DNA of 64,000 nucleotides from the NCBI RefSeq assembly GCF_902459465.1, contig NC_047078.1, forward strand, positions 10,850,001-10,914,000. Reading direction: 5' to 3'. The DNA comes from Asterias rubens (Eukaryota). Of this stretch, positions 13,201-24,361 are shown one piece after another. How positions within the stretch are numbered: position 1 is the stretch's first letter; every line of letters begins with the position of its first letter. A program made the position numbers and the translations under genes. The notes beneath the pieces were generated by a model. That model ran no database searches and was not told where the DNA came from. It was given only the letters and a program-made list of their open reading frames with translations.

Positions 13201-13504
13201 CGTTGTGAGTCATCATCTGTGTCCGAGGCTCAGTTTCATTAAGCTTTTAAGCAGATAATTTTGCTCAGCAAATGTCGTCGCTACACAAGAATTGAGTGGT
13301 TCCAGTCACGAAAATAAAAACTGTATGGTATTTTGGCTTGTTACCTATTTTTTGCTAAGCCAAAAAAAATGCTGTGCTTCTAGCGAGTTTTGAATATGCT
13401 TAATGAAAATGAGTTCTGGTTCGCTGTTTTCCTTTATAGGCAAGCAAACCACCATGGAGCCGACTTCAACGTGGACTAAGGAAAGTGGGCACAAATCACT
13501 TTGA
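425..13504 (+). CDS. Adhesion GPCR (Ig-array ectodomain, GAIN/GPS, 7TM), 5'-truncated; 20 exons, about 1092 codons in window
   Basis: Exons 425-778, 1361-1717, 2052-2393, 2767-3123, 3874-4227, 4861-5004, 5272-5388, 5848-6023, 7031-7077, 7484-7625, 8092-8198, 8934-9027, 9454-9604, 10090-10156, 10597-10663, 11129-11214, 11641-11767, 12368-12409, 12526-12607, 13440-13504. All have AG/GT boundaries and matching phases, giving one open frame to TGA at 13502-13504. The last exon is the least certain. AATAAA at 13873. Confidence 0.9.
3345..3720. repeat. Intronic higher-order tandem repeat (2 units of about 195 nt built from about 20-nt subunits)
   Basis: ctccacaatcgggtgcaatttgctccacat...caaactgctctc at 3359 and ttccacaatcaggtgcaatttgttccacat...caaactgctctc at about 3553. 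Confidence 0.8.
6665..6993. mobile_element. About 330-bp dispersed element, copy 1
   Basis: Aligns along its length with 49816-50138 (tatgaaagtaaaagct, ttttgagatgtgccccctttca, ggctgtgtacaaat). Imperfect TIR tagaccatgtga / gtcacatcatcta. Confidence 0.8.
7031..7625 (+). CDS. GPS autoproteolysis motif exons of the adhesion GPCR
   Basis: Spliced translation EPVCSFSSGMDNDWATDGCVILNS...NITCSCDHL/THFAVLLRLGE. H-L-T codons at 7587-7595. Confidence 0.92.
8092..12409 (+). CDS. 7TM region (adhesion/secretin-type) of the GPCR
   Basis: TM1 VLTKIGLALSIVCLAVTLMAYTLL; TM2 IVTHANLAFALMVSDFIFF; TM3 GCTLVAILLHFFLLAAFTWMALEG; TM4 WLLIGWGFPLGVVVISA; ECL2 CWLS; TM5 WAFLAPVITIILVNTFIL; TM6 LAIVLEPLLGLPWVLG; TM7 FAYAFVLFNSFQGVFVFLGQCV. 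Confidence 0.93.
9895..10041. mobile_element. Palindrome-rich MITE
   Basis: Ends cgatttcac / gtgaaatcg; internal palindromes taggattaatccta and taggacgagttactcgtccta. Fragment at about 32288-32345. Confidence 0.75.
11905..12250. repeat. Diverged tandem duplication (period about 200 nt) in a GPCR intron
   Basis: taactgtcca...aattgagaccgtttgtgaagctt(c/t)acagc...tatagccaagga occurs twice. Confidence 0.75.
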
Positions 13505-14676
13505 GGAGAATGCGAAGGCATTATAGTTGAAGCTTTAACCCCGCCTTGGATATTATGTAAGATCGTTAATTTAAACATTGGTTCTCATTTGACCAACAAA
13601 AGTTAATCGAAGGCGACGTTTACAAAAAGTTGTAAGGATGTTGAGCTCTTAAAAAGAGGCCTTGGGCCGTTTCGTGTATTTTTTTTTTCATTCGCACTGA
13701 AATAATTTTTACGCACTTCAATTTAATTTAATTGTCTTGTTTCGCACCTTTTCATCTTTTTTTCACTTTAATTGAGAATTTGCTAAAATTTATAATAATA
13801 TTAAACGTTTTACCTTTAATTGTTTGCTAAGCATGTTTACACAGCCGAGTGTAAAAAAGTGGAGCGGTCATAAATAAAAGAAAACAGCAGTCCAGATTTG
13901 GTCCAAACCTGTTTGTATTTCTGGAAAGACAGAGAATCTTTAATCCTCCTGAAATGTAACAGGGAGATTCCAAGTACAGATTGGGAGAAAATAAAACTGT
14001 TGGTCTACCTAAACTCCAACAAATTGACCATACAAACTTACTTTGTTAAAAAAGCACTTCAGCTGTTGACAATGTTTAGCATTTTGATAAATATTGCCCT
14101 GGATGGAAACATGGTCTTGGGGATAAATATTTTAAGAAAATCAATCTGAGAAACGTTTCAGCATGAAACGTTACAGAGATTGTGTATTTCAAAAACGGAT
14201 TACGGAGTGGACATTTCCCCAGATTTTCTGCAATATCTCAAAAACGCTACCATTATTTGAAATGAAATGCTCACAGGTTAGTTTTTTTGTTTAAATCTCC
14301 ACTTATAATGGATTAAGGCAATGGAACTATTTAAAATACCAAATGTGTATCTCTGTGCCTTTTTTAAAAACATAATATTAATTTGTACTAACAGTTCTAT
14401 GACATTTTAACAACTCCAGACGGTGCAATCGGTTCTAAACTTTGACGCGAGATTGCCTTGATGTTTTTAATATTATGTTTTTAACTTACTCACCTTTTAC
14501 CATTATTTGTTAAATGTTTTCAATTTCTATTTTGAGTAATAGTTTTACATAATAAGCTGTTGTGATTGAACAAGACCAGTTAGAGAATGCGCCAAGAAAG
14601 GTAATTCAAGTACAATGCAAGTAAAACTATAGAGAATGTGCTTTTTATGCCGTTGACGGGCTCTATGACTACTGTG

Positions 14677-14930
14677 ACGCTAGGTGGCAGCAAACTTACT
14701 CAGATCGGTAATGTGCCCATGCTCAGAACAGCATTAACAATAGACCTTTTCGCAAATACCGGGGCGCGCGCGTAAAGCTTGGAATTAGGTGCATTGTGGT
14801 CTTGCTGGTATCCAAATTTGATCCATATCTATCCCACAATGCACCTCATTCAATAGTCTGCGCTTGCGCATTGGTATTTGCGATAAGGTCTATGTAAATT
14901 TAGCTGGTGGGTCTGCTGCCACCTAGCGTT
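14677..14930. mobile_element. Short inverted-repeat element with CTCF-like terminal motifs, interrupted by the 152-bp MITE
   Basis: Perfect 16-bp IR acgctaggtggcagca (14677-14692) / tgctgccacctagcgt (14914-14929). Homologues at 18309-18423 (reverse, uninterrupted) and about 7991-8047 (right half) share gcatgctcaga. Confidence 0.75.
14741..14892. mobile_element. 152-bp MITE (ATAGACC...GGTCTAT family), copy 1
   Basis: TIR tagacctt(t/a)tcgcaaatacc / ggtatttgcgataaggtcta and internal IR aggtgcattgtgg / ccacaatgcacct. A near-identical copy is at 44221-44372. Confidence 0.92.
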
Positions 14931-15322
14931 CCAAGGAACCTATTCAGCTGACGGTTTATGATCAGCGGAGTGTGATTTTAACAATTTTTCCCCGGTTTTC
15001 GTCGAGTGAAACATCTTGTTAAATTAAAAAGGTATAATGAACAAATAAATTAAAATATGTGAATTAAAATTCATGATCTCTGTTATAATATTGTTACTGT
15101 AGAACATTGATGTATGGGCCATTGGGAAGTGATTACATTTATAACACTGTGTATTCTGAAGAATGTTGATAAATTTATTATGCAGATAACAGTTGATCTT
15201 TATTCACATTATTTTATCCAAACAAATAGTTACACTGCCTACAGAGAAAAACAAACATTAGACTTGATTCAGTCTGCAAGGCATACTTTATATCAATGTT
15301 TTCCAATGAAACAGCACAAAGT

Positions 15323-15661
15323 TTAAAGCCATTGGACACTTTCGGTACAGTAAAAAAAATAAAGGTTCACAGATTTACAAATAATTTACAGGGTTTACAG
15401 AAGGTAATGGTGAAAGACTTCTCTTGAAATATTATTCCATGAGATGCTTTACTTTTTGAGAAAACATCAAAACAATATCAATTCTCGACATCGAGAATTA
15501 CGAATTTATTTTAAACACATGTCATGACAGGGCGAAACGTGTGGAAACAAGGGTGGGTTTTCCCGTTATTTTCGCCCGACTCCGATGACCGATTGAGCCT
15601 AAATTTTCACAGGTTTGTTATTTTATATATAAGTCGTGATACACGAAGTGTGGACCTTGGA

Positions 15662-15692
<31 letters not shown>

Positions 15693-15728
15693 TTAATACT
15701 GTTTACCGAAAGGGTCCAATGGCTTTAA
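15323..15728. mobile_element. TTAA-flanked MITE (Kolobok-like), divergent subfamily
   Basis: ttaa-agccattggacactttcggta ... taccgaaagggtccaatggct-ttaa; shares aaattttcacaggtttgttatttt with family A. Confidence 0.8.
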
Positions 15729-15768
15729 TATTTACTACACGTACAATTTTTTATAGAAAATGTTTTAC

Positions 15769-15938
15769 CTATTGGATGATCTTACACGTATAGCCCAATA
15801 TTCAGTACAGTCCATTATTTAATACACAACATGTTTTAAAGAAAACATTCCAGCTATTGGATGATCTTACACTTATTGTCCAATATTTAATACACGTAAC
15901 ATGTTTTAAAGAAAAGATTCCACCTATTGGATGATCTT
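15769..15938 (-). repeat. Three copies of the MCT stop-codon segment (period 70-85 nt)
   Basis: ctattggatgatctt (reverse complement AAG ATC ATC CAA TAG) at 15769, 15854 and 15924. The intervening sequence shares aatacac..acatgttttaaagaaaa. Confidence 0.9.
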
Positions 15939-18900
15939 GAAATACTTGAGACAACCAAGTGGAATCAAGCATAGAGATTGCATGACACCGAGAAAGATAA
16001 ATGCACCGTTGTAGCTACCAGAGAGATCGTACATCAAACCTGTTCATATATAAATAAATGAAGTTAAATAAAACATGTATGATGTCAAGTTATACTTGTA
16101 CGCTAGTTTTTATTAAGGTTCAAAGATCATAGAATCTGATGGATCAACAAAATCAACAACATGACAGCGTTTATCTGTTACACAACACAACACAGAATCA
16201 AAACTTGTACAAGTCGTAAGAAGTGTACAACCTTCATAAATGCGCATGGGTTTTGAGATTTTGAAGTATAAATGTCATATCCAATAACCTCTACCAACAT
16301 GTTGTAGTTTTAACTATTCATCAGAACAGTTTTTTCAGGTCTTAATAGTCTCCCGAGTTCAGAAATTTACTTGTAAGTGTGTCAGTAGAATACATAGCAA
16401 GACAAGTTCTCAACGAAAACTCCAGAATACGGAAGTCATTTGATGCGCAATAACACACTGATCAGGGGTAGGGTATATTCAATTATTATACCTCATACAT
16501 ATTCATGACCGAGAGTCGAGTTCTTACTGGTCCATTTATCATCACGTGCTAGGTGCTATTTTGCTCTTTACCGGGCGCCCTCATTCAAACCATATTATTT
16601 TTGTATAATAGTGACCACACCACATTCTGCTACTGCACTTACCTGGTATAAATACTAAGGTAAACCTCAGTACAGCAATTGTTATCCCAGCCCATCCAAG
16701 TGCTCCGGTCAGCAATTCCACTCCGAGGATCTGCTTAAAAAGAACTTCAAAAAGACACAAAACAGCACCAACGGAAAACAAAACAAGCACTGCTGACAGC
16801 ATCAGTTCCCAGTACAAGTTCAGCCAAGGCGTTGCGAAGAACATTGCACCGGCCGTAGAGAACAAAATCGCCATTGGGATGCTGTAAGATTTCACCCATC
16901 GGTCCAGTATGAAGCCCTGGCTTGCTCTAGCCAGTAAATGCCCAACACCAGCAACCGTCACAAACGTTGCTGCATCTTCTGCTGAAAACCCTTTGGTCTG
17001 AACCATGGAAACAAAGTACACGATCCACATGTCGAAGCTTAACTGTGAGCAGCAGAGCATAAACGTAACTGACCAGTAACGTAAATTCAGGAGCAGTTTC
17101 ACGTCCAGATTCTGAACTGCACTTTTCCACACAGCACTACATCGATCACGGAGGGTTGTATTAGCTGTCGGGTTTTGTAAGGTCGCGTTAGCTGATCGGT
17201 GGGTAGTTTGCAGTGTTTTGTTGTCTGTTGAAATCATGAGGGCGCCACACACGGTTAGATGAAATGAGAGGCCACCAAGAAGGAGTAATGTTCCCCTCCA
17301 TCCATAGGTATCTAAGAACAGCTGCGATAGAGGAGTCAAGAGCAGCATCCCGAAAGATGTACCTGTCTTCCCAATGCAGAGAGCTGTCACATAGTTCTTA
17401 TCAAAACGACGACCCACGGCTTCTTTGAGAAGGATGTCAGGAATACCAAGACTAGGTCCTTAAAACAAATAAAGTCAAACAAAGTCTTATAAAAGAAGGA
17501 TTGCATCTTTCAAACACAGTTTACAATAAGTAGAGTATTAGTGGTAACATACTGCAAAACTGGGGTGTTAACGTTAACACCGTGCGTGTTGTTAAATAAA
17601 AGAGAAAACAAAAATAACATCTGTGTGATTAAAAACAAGGCCAATTTAATTTCCCAGAAGTTAGTGTTATTTTTGTGCCGTTAAATTTGATTCTCTCTTT
17701 GGTAACTAATGTGAGAACGCCCATGGTGTCAATTTAACACCCCCTATACCCCGTATGACAGTCATCCATTTATGCAAAGAAAATTCCAACTTATGAAACA
17801 AAACAAGCAAATGATTTTCAGAATTGTCTCCTTGATTACATTTCTTACCTAAAAATAACGTTAAAATAATGGCCATTTGGAGAGCATTAGCTGTAATGGA
17901 TGCAAGTATTGCTGAAAAACCAACCGCTGTTCCACAGATGATGCAAGCAACTCCGGTCCCAAACGTTCGTCCAATTGCTCCTGAAAATGGACCTGTAACA
18001 ACAAAGACAGTGGACTTTTCCGGCTTTCCACTAAGCTCCGCCCACCGCGCACGTGAGCAAGACACGTGTACAAGCACTCCCAATGACATTCTGCACGATT
18101 CTTCCGCGCGTGCCAAATATACGCGCAGGCATGACCGAGTTTGTCCGACCACAATCATTGCTGTGATTGGTCAAATGGGTGAACGCGCACAGTTTGATTG
18201 AGAGGCCGGATCGGTCCATTAGTAGTAGGCTTTGATGTTTCCCCGGCAGGACTTCAACAGTACTATAGACCAATAGCTTGTTGAGGTGGACACGATTGGA
18301 GATTTTGTAACGCTAACTGGCAGCAAATTTACCAGGTAAATCGTCATTGTTTACGTAATTCTGAGCATGCGCATATTACCAAGAACAATGTGTTTACCTG
18401 ATAAGTCTACTGCCACCAAGCGTCCTGATAGTTTCCTATAGGAGTGCACTGTTTGGTTTGTGTATACAGACAACTTCACCTAACCCTTAGTGCATTATAC
18501 TGTTGTGTCCACCGTTTCTCAAAATGGCTGTAACGTTCGACCTGACAAAATATGTTCATAAGAGTCGAATAGCCTGGAATCCATGCACGCACGATTTGGG
18601 CACAGCTCAAAGGAAGAAAACATTCAATCTTAACGTCTATTGCAAACAAGAAATTGTTTTTCAGTAACTAAACGACAATACATGTTCTAGTCATTGTAAA
18701 AATGCGCAATTGGCTATGGAGCCCATAAACTTGTGATTGCAAGTCCGACAGTCTATACCATTGGATCAATGTTTAGGGGAGGGAAGTTGTAAACTAACCT
18801 ACGAATCCTATCATAGCACCGATCATTCCAACCATCCAGCCGATAATGGCACCATTAGTGTCGAACTGTTGCTGTAATATCGGTAACATTAGACCAAGAC

Positions 18901-19339
18901 CTTTAAATAACCCTGTCCAGATAAACGCCTGCATCCAGAGCGAAAACACAGCTATCCATCCAGACCGACCCCCGTCTTTTCCAGATACCTTATCTTGCAA
19001 GACCTCATGTGGTGAGACCTCATGTAATGAGGGTGAGGTATTAACTGGTGAGATCGCATGGAGTGGGACCTTAACTGGTGAGACCTCAACAGATGGGACC
19101 TCATGTAGTGAGACCTCAACTGGTGAGACCTCAACTGGTGAGACCTCAACTGGTGCTAACTCAACTGGTGGTAACTCAACTGGTGGTAACTCAACTGGTG
19201 GTAACTCAACTGGTGAAATCTCAACTAGTGAAACCTCAACTGGTGAAACCTCATGTGGTGCGACCCCATAATATTGTGAGGCCTCGTCCAGTAAGATGTC
19301 ATCGTCTACATCATGCATAGGAATCCGTTCATAGTCCAT
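15924..19339 (-). CDS. Monocarboxylate transporter-like MFS protein (SLC16 family), 538 aa, 4 exons
   Basis: Exons 19339-18799, 17992-17849, 17458-16643, 16039-15924; all introns are phase 1, GT-AG. Motifs: DGGRSGWIAVFS (SLC16 TM1), YGWRGTLLLLGG, terminal GLMYDLSGSYNGAF. Twelve hydrophobic segments; TAG at 15924-15926. Confidence 0.92.
18030..18210. promoter_or_regulatory. CpG-rich promoter-like segment in MCT intron 1
   Basis: GC box ccgccc 18038-18043, CACGTG 18050-18055, ATTGG 18166-18170; many CpGs in an AT-rich background. Confidence 0.4.
18309..18423. mobile_element. Uninterrupted copy of the CTCF-like-motif IR element (MCT intron 1)
   Basis: aacgctaactggcagca ... tactgccaccaagcgt. 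The reverse complement aligns to 14677-14930 with the insertion removed. Confidence 0.7.
19001..19261 (-). repeat. Coding 15-nt tandem repeat, 17 units (one extended to 21 nt), giving PVE(V/L)(S/P) pentapeptides
   Basis: + strand units such as gacctcaactggtga and taactcaactggtgg. They encode APHEVSPVEVSLVEISPVELPPVELPP... in MCT exon 1. Confidence 0.95.
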
Positions 19340-19672
19340 GTTCCCTCATGTAATTCCAATGGAAGAATTGGGAAACCTTGTAGTTGATGTTAGTTTCGGC
19401 ACTGCTGAACATAGCATTCCCACAACAAAAATGAAACACCAGAGAGATAGTGTGCTTACATCACTGTCTAAACATTTTGACAGTGCATTCATTAAATGCA
19501 TTAGATAAACATCAGCACATTTGCGACCATTGTCCCTGAGATCATCATTTATCAGTTAAATCCGATCGGACACAGGGCATGACCGACAATTGTGCATACA
19601 GCAGATGACCGTTATGTGCTTAAGGCAAAACAAAAAAAGATTTTCTCGGTAAAACATATAATACGTTTCTAA

Positions 19673-20074
19673 TTAAAGACATTATTGGTAATTGTCTAGT
19701 CTTTACAGTTGGTTTATCTCAACATATGCATAAAATAACAAACCTGTACAAATTTGAGCTTAATCGGTCGTCAAAGTTGCGAGATATTAATGAAAGAAAA
19801 AACACCCTTGTCGCACCATGGTCACACGAAGTTGTGTGCTTTCAGATGCTTGATTTCGAGACCTCAAATTCTAAATCTGAGGTCTCGAAATCAAATTCGT
19901 GGAAAATTACTTCTTTCTCGAAAACTACGTCACTTCAGAGGGAACCGTTTCTCACAATATTTATACTATCAACCTCTCCCCAAACTACTAACCTCTCCCC
20001 ATTACTCGTTACCAAGTAAGATTTTATGCTAATAGTTACTTTGAGTAATTACCAATAGTGTCCGCTGCTTTTAA
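19673..20074. mobile_element. Family A TTAA-flanked MITE (Kolobok-like)
   Basis: Termini ...tattggtaatt / aattaccaatagtgtcc...ttaa. Central hairpin ttgatttcgagacctca-11 nt-tgaggtctcgaaatcaa at 19850-19894. Confidence 0.88.
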
Positions 20075-20553
20075 TTGCACTTCAAGCTCCATTCCATCAC
20101 TTTAAGATGCAAAAATGCAAACAAAATTGTTTAGCACATTCCCCTCCCCCAATAGACCTTTATCATGGTGCAGCAGGATTGAAATTCTCCCATTGATATT
20201 AATGTTACCAAACCGAGGCTGTAAGAACAAAATAGTCTGGTTCCTATTTGCAAAATGATTATTGGCATTCCTCATTGTTATTCGATACGATGAACATGAC
20301 CAAGATGGAGGCAGCATGATAAAGATCTATTATAGCGTTGCCCCAGCTAACCCCCACCCCACCCCAACTCCCCCTACCTTCTTTCAAATGAAAACGTCTG
20401 GTTATGTCACTGAACCGGCGACAGTAGCGGTGTCGTTGGCCCGTAACCAGTAATTTTGTATTATTGTTGTTGTTGGGGAAGGGGGAGGGGAGATGAAAGG
20501 TATGTACATCGGCGCGCCCATCGCCTTTCAAATGCTTCGTATTGGTATAGGTG

Positions 20554-20918
20554 TAAAGGCAGTGGACACTATTGGTAATTGTCAAAGACTAGTCTTTACA
20601 GTTGGTTTATCTCAACATATGCATAAAATAACAAACCTGTGAAAAAAGTTGCGAGATAATAATGAAAGAAGAAAACACCCTTGTCACACGAAGTTGTGTG
20701 CGTTTAGATGGTTGATTTCGAGACCTCAAGTTCTAAACTTGAGTTCTCGAAATCAAATTCGTGGAAAATTACTTCTTTCTCCAAAACTATGGCACTTCAG
20801 AGGGAGCTGTTTCTCACAATGTTGTATACTATCAACCTCTCCCCATTACTTGTCACCAAGAAAGGTTTTATGCTAATAATTATTTTGAGTAATTACCAAT
20901 AGTGTCCACTGCCTTTAA
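20554..20918. mobile_element. Family A MITE
   Basis: taaaggcagtggacactattggtaatt ... aattaccaatagtgtccactgcctttaa. Confidence 0.9.
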
Positions 20919-21249
20919 GGCAGTGACCCTCGCCACACTTTCAAATGCATCGATCCTTTTCCTTTTTTTTCTTCTTTTTTTTGTTTTTTACACCGCAGCG
21001 AGTTTTTCTTTACCGTAACACTCCCAATTCCTGTCTTGAGATGTGACTACAACTCTAATAACGCCGTTGTGTACAAGTTCCCTCTTGCATGTTTTATTTT
21101 AAAACGGAAAGAAAACCCGAAATCAACATAATTATTATACCGCCGTTATTCACACCTCCCCAGTGGTGGATTATTTTTTTTTTAAAAGGTGTTGCAACGT
21201 ATTAGCCTACTCAAAAAACATAAAATTTGCAGTTTTCAGTACGAAACCT

Positions 21250-21960
21250 CTCTCCGCGGTGTCAAACTAAATACGCCGGCCTGCCTAGCTTGTGGAATAT
21301 ATGTGAACAGCCAAAGGATGTGCTGGCATTCAAGCTGTTGTCTCCAAACAAAGCTTCGTAAAAGAAATAACGGATTAACTCTACACGGCATTGCATAACT
21401 CTTGAGAATGTTGCTATGCACTGCGAGTCATCTTTTTGGAGAGCGTCTATTGGTCAACACCATCTTCATTGTTCTTTGACAGATGTGTCTATGCGCTTAA
21501 CTGCAGTGCAGAAAATACTGTGTGACAGCCAAAGTAACTTGTATGATAACATTGCTGCAACATGGTTCAAGATGGCGTTATCGTGCTGTACTAATCAGAG
21601 TGACCAAGTCTCCAGCCTCAAATACCAAAGCTTTATACTTGTGTCGAGTGTGGAATACGTAAGCTCTTAGAAAGAGCCTGGAAATCTTTAACTTGCGAGG
21701 AGTAAAGTTGTCCTCTGGACTGTTGCTAGCAACTGAGAATCATCAGTTTGGTCAGCGTATGGATGGTCAACATGATGGCATTCTCCTTTTTCTCTCTTCT
21801 CATGTTCTACTACTAGTGGACTAGTAATAAGTGCAACACGTCTCCATCCTCACGTATCAAAGCTTCCTACCAAGGCTGTTGTGTAGAGTGTGGAATGAGC
21901 CTTGAAATTTAACTGGCGATTAGACAAGTTGTCTACTGGGACTGTGAACTTGTTTGAAAC
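21250..21960 (+). mobile_element. Possible degenerate non-LTR retrotransposon 3' fragment, with a diverged internal duplication
   Basis: RVWN-like codons (gagtgtggaat) preceded by SF at about 21637-21656 and repeated at about 21885, resembling the SF..R..WN.LP end of CR1/L2-type RT; frames are broken. Confidence 0.3.
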
Positions 21961-22982
21961 TGTTTCTCGTGTTTGTGCTTAAATGTGAAACGGACATTAA
22001 CTTCTCTCCCGACGGACCGTACATTGTAAATGTGTGTGTTGTCTATGGATCATTTTGGATGCCCATCTGGAAGAGGTCATCTAAAGGTAGTCTACAGCAA
22101 AGATGGTTCTAAGAAGTTAAAACGGTAAGCAAAACCATGTTTTCTTAAACCTTTGTTTGTCAAATGGGAAACATTTCCGCCCGACGCAACAATTTTTCAA
22201 AGAATTGTCACAAAATGCATACAGCAGGAAAAACATGGCGTTTATTTACATCTCCTGCTGCTGCAAGGCTTCGATGTGCAATTTTGTGTTTAGAAGCGTC
22301 AAATTCTGCCTTTTTCTCGATGTAGATATGTGTACAAATGTAGGCGGATAAATCGATGGCGTTGAAAATTTGCCATTAAAAGAGTGCCCTCGTAAATTAT
22401 AGGTCCTTTCTGGCAGACAAAATGCACTAATCATAATAGGAAGTTTGAGATTTTGGGTAAAAATGTCCACATTATGTTCAAGAGTTACAAAATTACCTAC
22501 TGAACAAATTTTCTAGATGTCCCACTGTCTTCATATCGAGAAATTATATCAGATCAAGCAAGACTTGAGGTTTTTGATTTCTCTGTTTGACTGTTTACAA
22601 TTTTGAAGTCCACGGTTTGTGTTGCTCTTTTGTCATTTTGTGACGTCAGTGTTCACATTGTCCCGATAGGTGTTATCTGCATATCTCGGCTATCGTTTTG
22701 TAAAGTACTGCATGCATTATTGACTGGTTTTATAACTTGGTATCGTGGTTTTGGGGTTAAATCGGACACAACATCGGGACTAACGTCTTAAAAGGGAAAT
22801 ACATATCCCTATTATTTTACATGAAAATAAAAAAATCACATAAATGATAAACAAATAAGCAGAATTACCTACTGGTTTATTTAGTCGATTTCAACAGAGA
22901 TTCGTGTGTTCGAAAATATAGTTTTGTTGCCTCGTTTTATTTATTTATTCCATAGGGATCCCAAGTGCGCCCTCAATGATAA

Positions 22983-23020
<38 letters not shown>

Positions 23021-23061
23021 GGCCTTGTCACGTTGACAAATCTTTCTCGTTCTCCATGATG

Positions 23062-23433
23062 TAAAGGCACTGAACACTATTGGTATTACTCAAAATAATT
23101 GTTAGCATAAAAACTAACTTGATAAGAAGCTGTTGGTTGTATAAAACGTGAGAAACAGCTCCCTCTGAAGTAACGTAGTTTCCGAGAAAGAAGTAATTAT
23201 TCACTAAAGTATTTGAATTTGATTTAGAGACCTCAGAATTAGTTTTTGAGGTCCCGAAATCAAGCGTCTGAAAGCGCACAACTTCGAGTGACGAGGGTGT
23301 TTTTTTCTCGCAACTTCGACGACCAACAATTTAGTTCAAATTTTCACAGGTTTGTTAATTTATGCAAATGTTGGGATAAACCAAGTGAGAAGACTGGTCT
23401 TTGACAATTACCAACAGTGTCCAGTGTCTTTAA
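23062..23433. mobile_element. Family A MITE (opposite orientation)
   Basis: taaaggcactgaacactattggttatt ... aattaccaacagtgtccagtgtctttaa. Confidence 0.88.
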
Positions 23434-24361
23434 TAGCTACGTCTTTGACGGACCACCTTATTGTTGGTATGTTTGTGCTCTATATTTGTGTAGGGAGCAT
23501 TTCTCTGGCCATGCTCCAAAATCTTTGAGGGGATATAAGTTCATTGATCTATCTGTGTTTATTGTTTTAATTTTAAACCCTCATTGTGTTTTGGCGATTG
23601 ATCGTCCTATTTTAGAGAACAAAATGGGGGCCTAAATTAATTAATTAGTGCTCTATGACTCAATTACATTACTCCGAAACAATTTTGGTGTTTAACACGA
23701 CTGTTTATTGGTACAGATGCATGCATTGCTTACTGTTAGCTACATCACAATCCATGTAAAACAACTGTCTTATTTTAATATGCTGAGTATGCATGATAAG
23801 AGCTAGCATAGCTTGTTACAAAACAAAATTGCAAGTGACTCCATGTGTTAGTGTTTACAATCATGAAAACTGTAATGATTTACTTATCAAAGCTTTAGTC
23901 AATCGAATCTTCGTAAGGCCGAACAAACAAAAATAATTGTTATTTCCTATTACCAATACCCTTTCTCGAAAAAAAAATGAAGATTTTGTCTTTTTTATTG
24001 AACAAACGAAACGATTTGTTTCCCATTACCACACCCTTTCTTGAAAAAAATAAAGAATTTAAATCTTGTTTTATTTAGATTTCTCTTTCAACTACCGCCC
24101 CCCCCCCCCTCCCCAAGACCCGGGCTCCGGGTCAATTCTTCCCCGGTAGTTGTTGTTTTTAACGTGTAAACACATCAAACATCTAAAGTAAAAACTGTTG
24201 TATACCAGTAAGAAAACATTAGTCTAAATGAACTTTTAAAATCTACCTTTCTAAAAGGAATCTAATCCACGGCTTAAATTTTGCACGGGTAAACATTAAT
24301 TTTTTAACAGCAATTTCCAAAGCATATGTACACGTCAATGTGGTCTAAGCCTTGTTCATTC

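Noticed and set aside
16120-16180. Alternative MCT last exon (DKRCHVVDFVDPSDSMIFEP-stop)
   Set aside because: It lacks TM12; exon 16039-15924 supplies the canonical GLMYDLSGSY end.
19001-19261. Regular short repeats as a CRISPR array
   Set aside because: No unique spacers; eukaryotic coding minisatellite.
18846-19320. Antisense and alternative-frame ORFs with GETST, VRPQL and RSHQL repeats
   Set aside because: By-products of a 15-nt repeat that lacks stop codons; only the frame spliced to the MCT exons has support.
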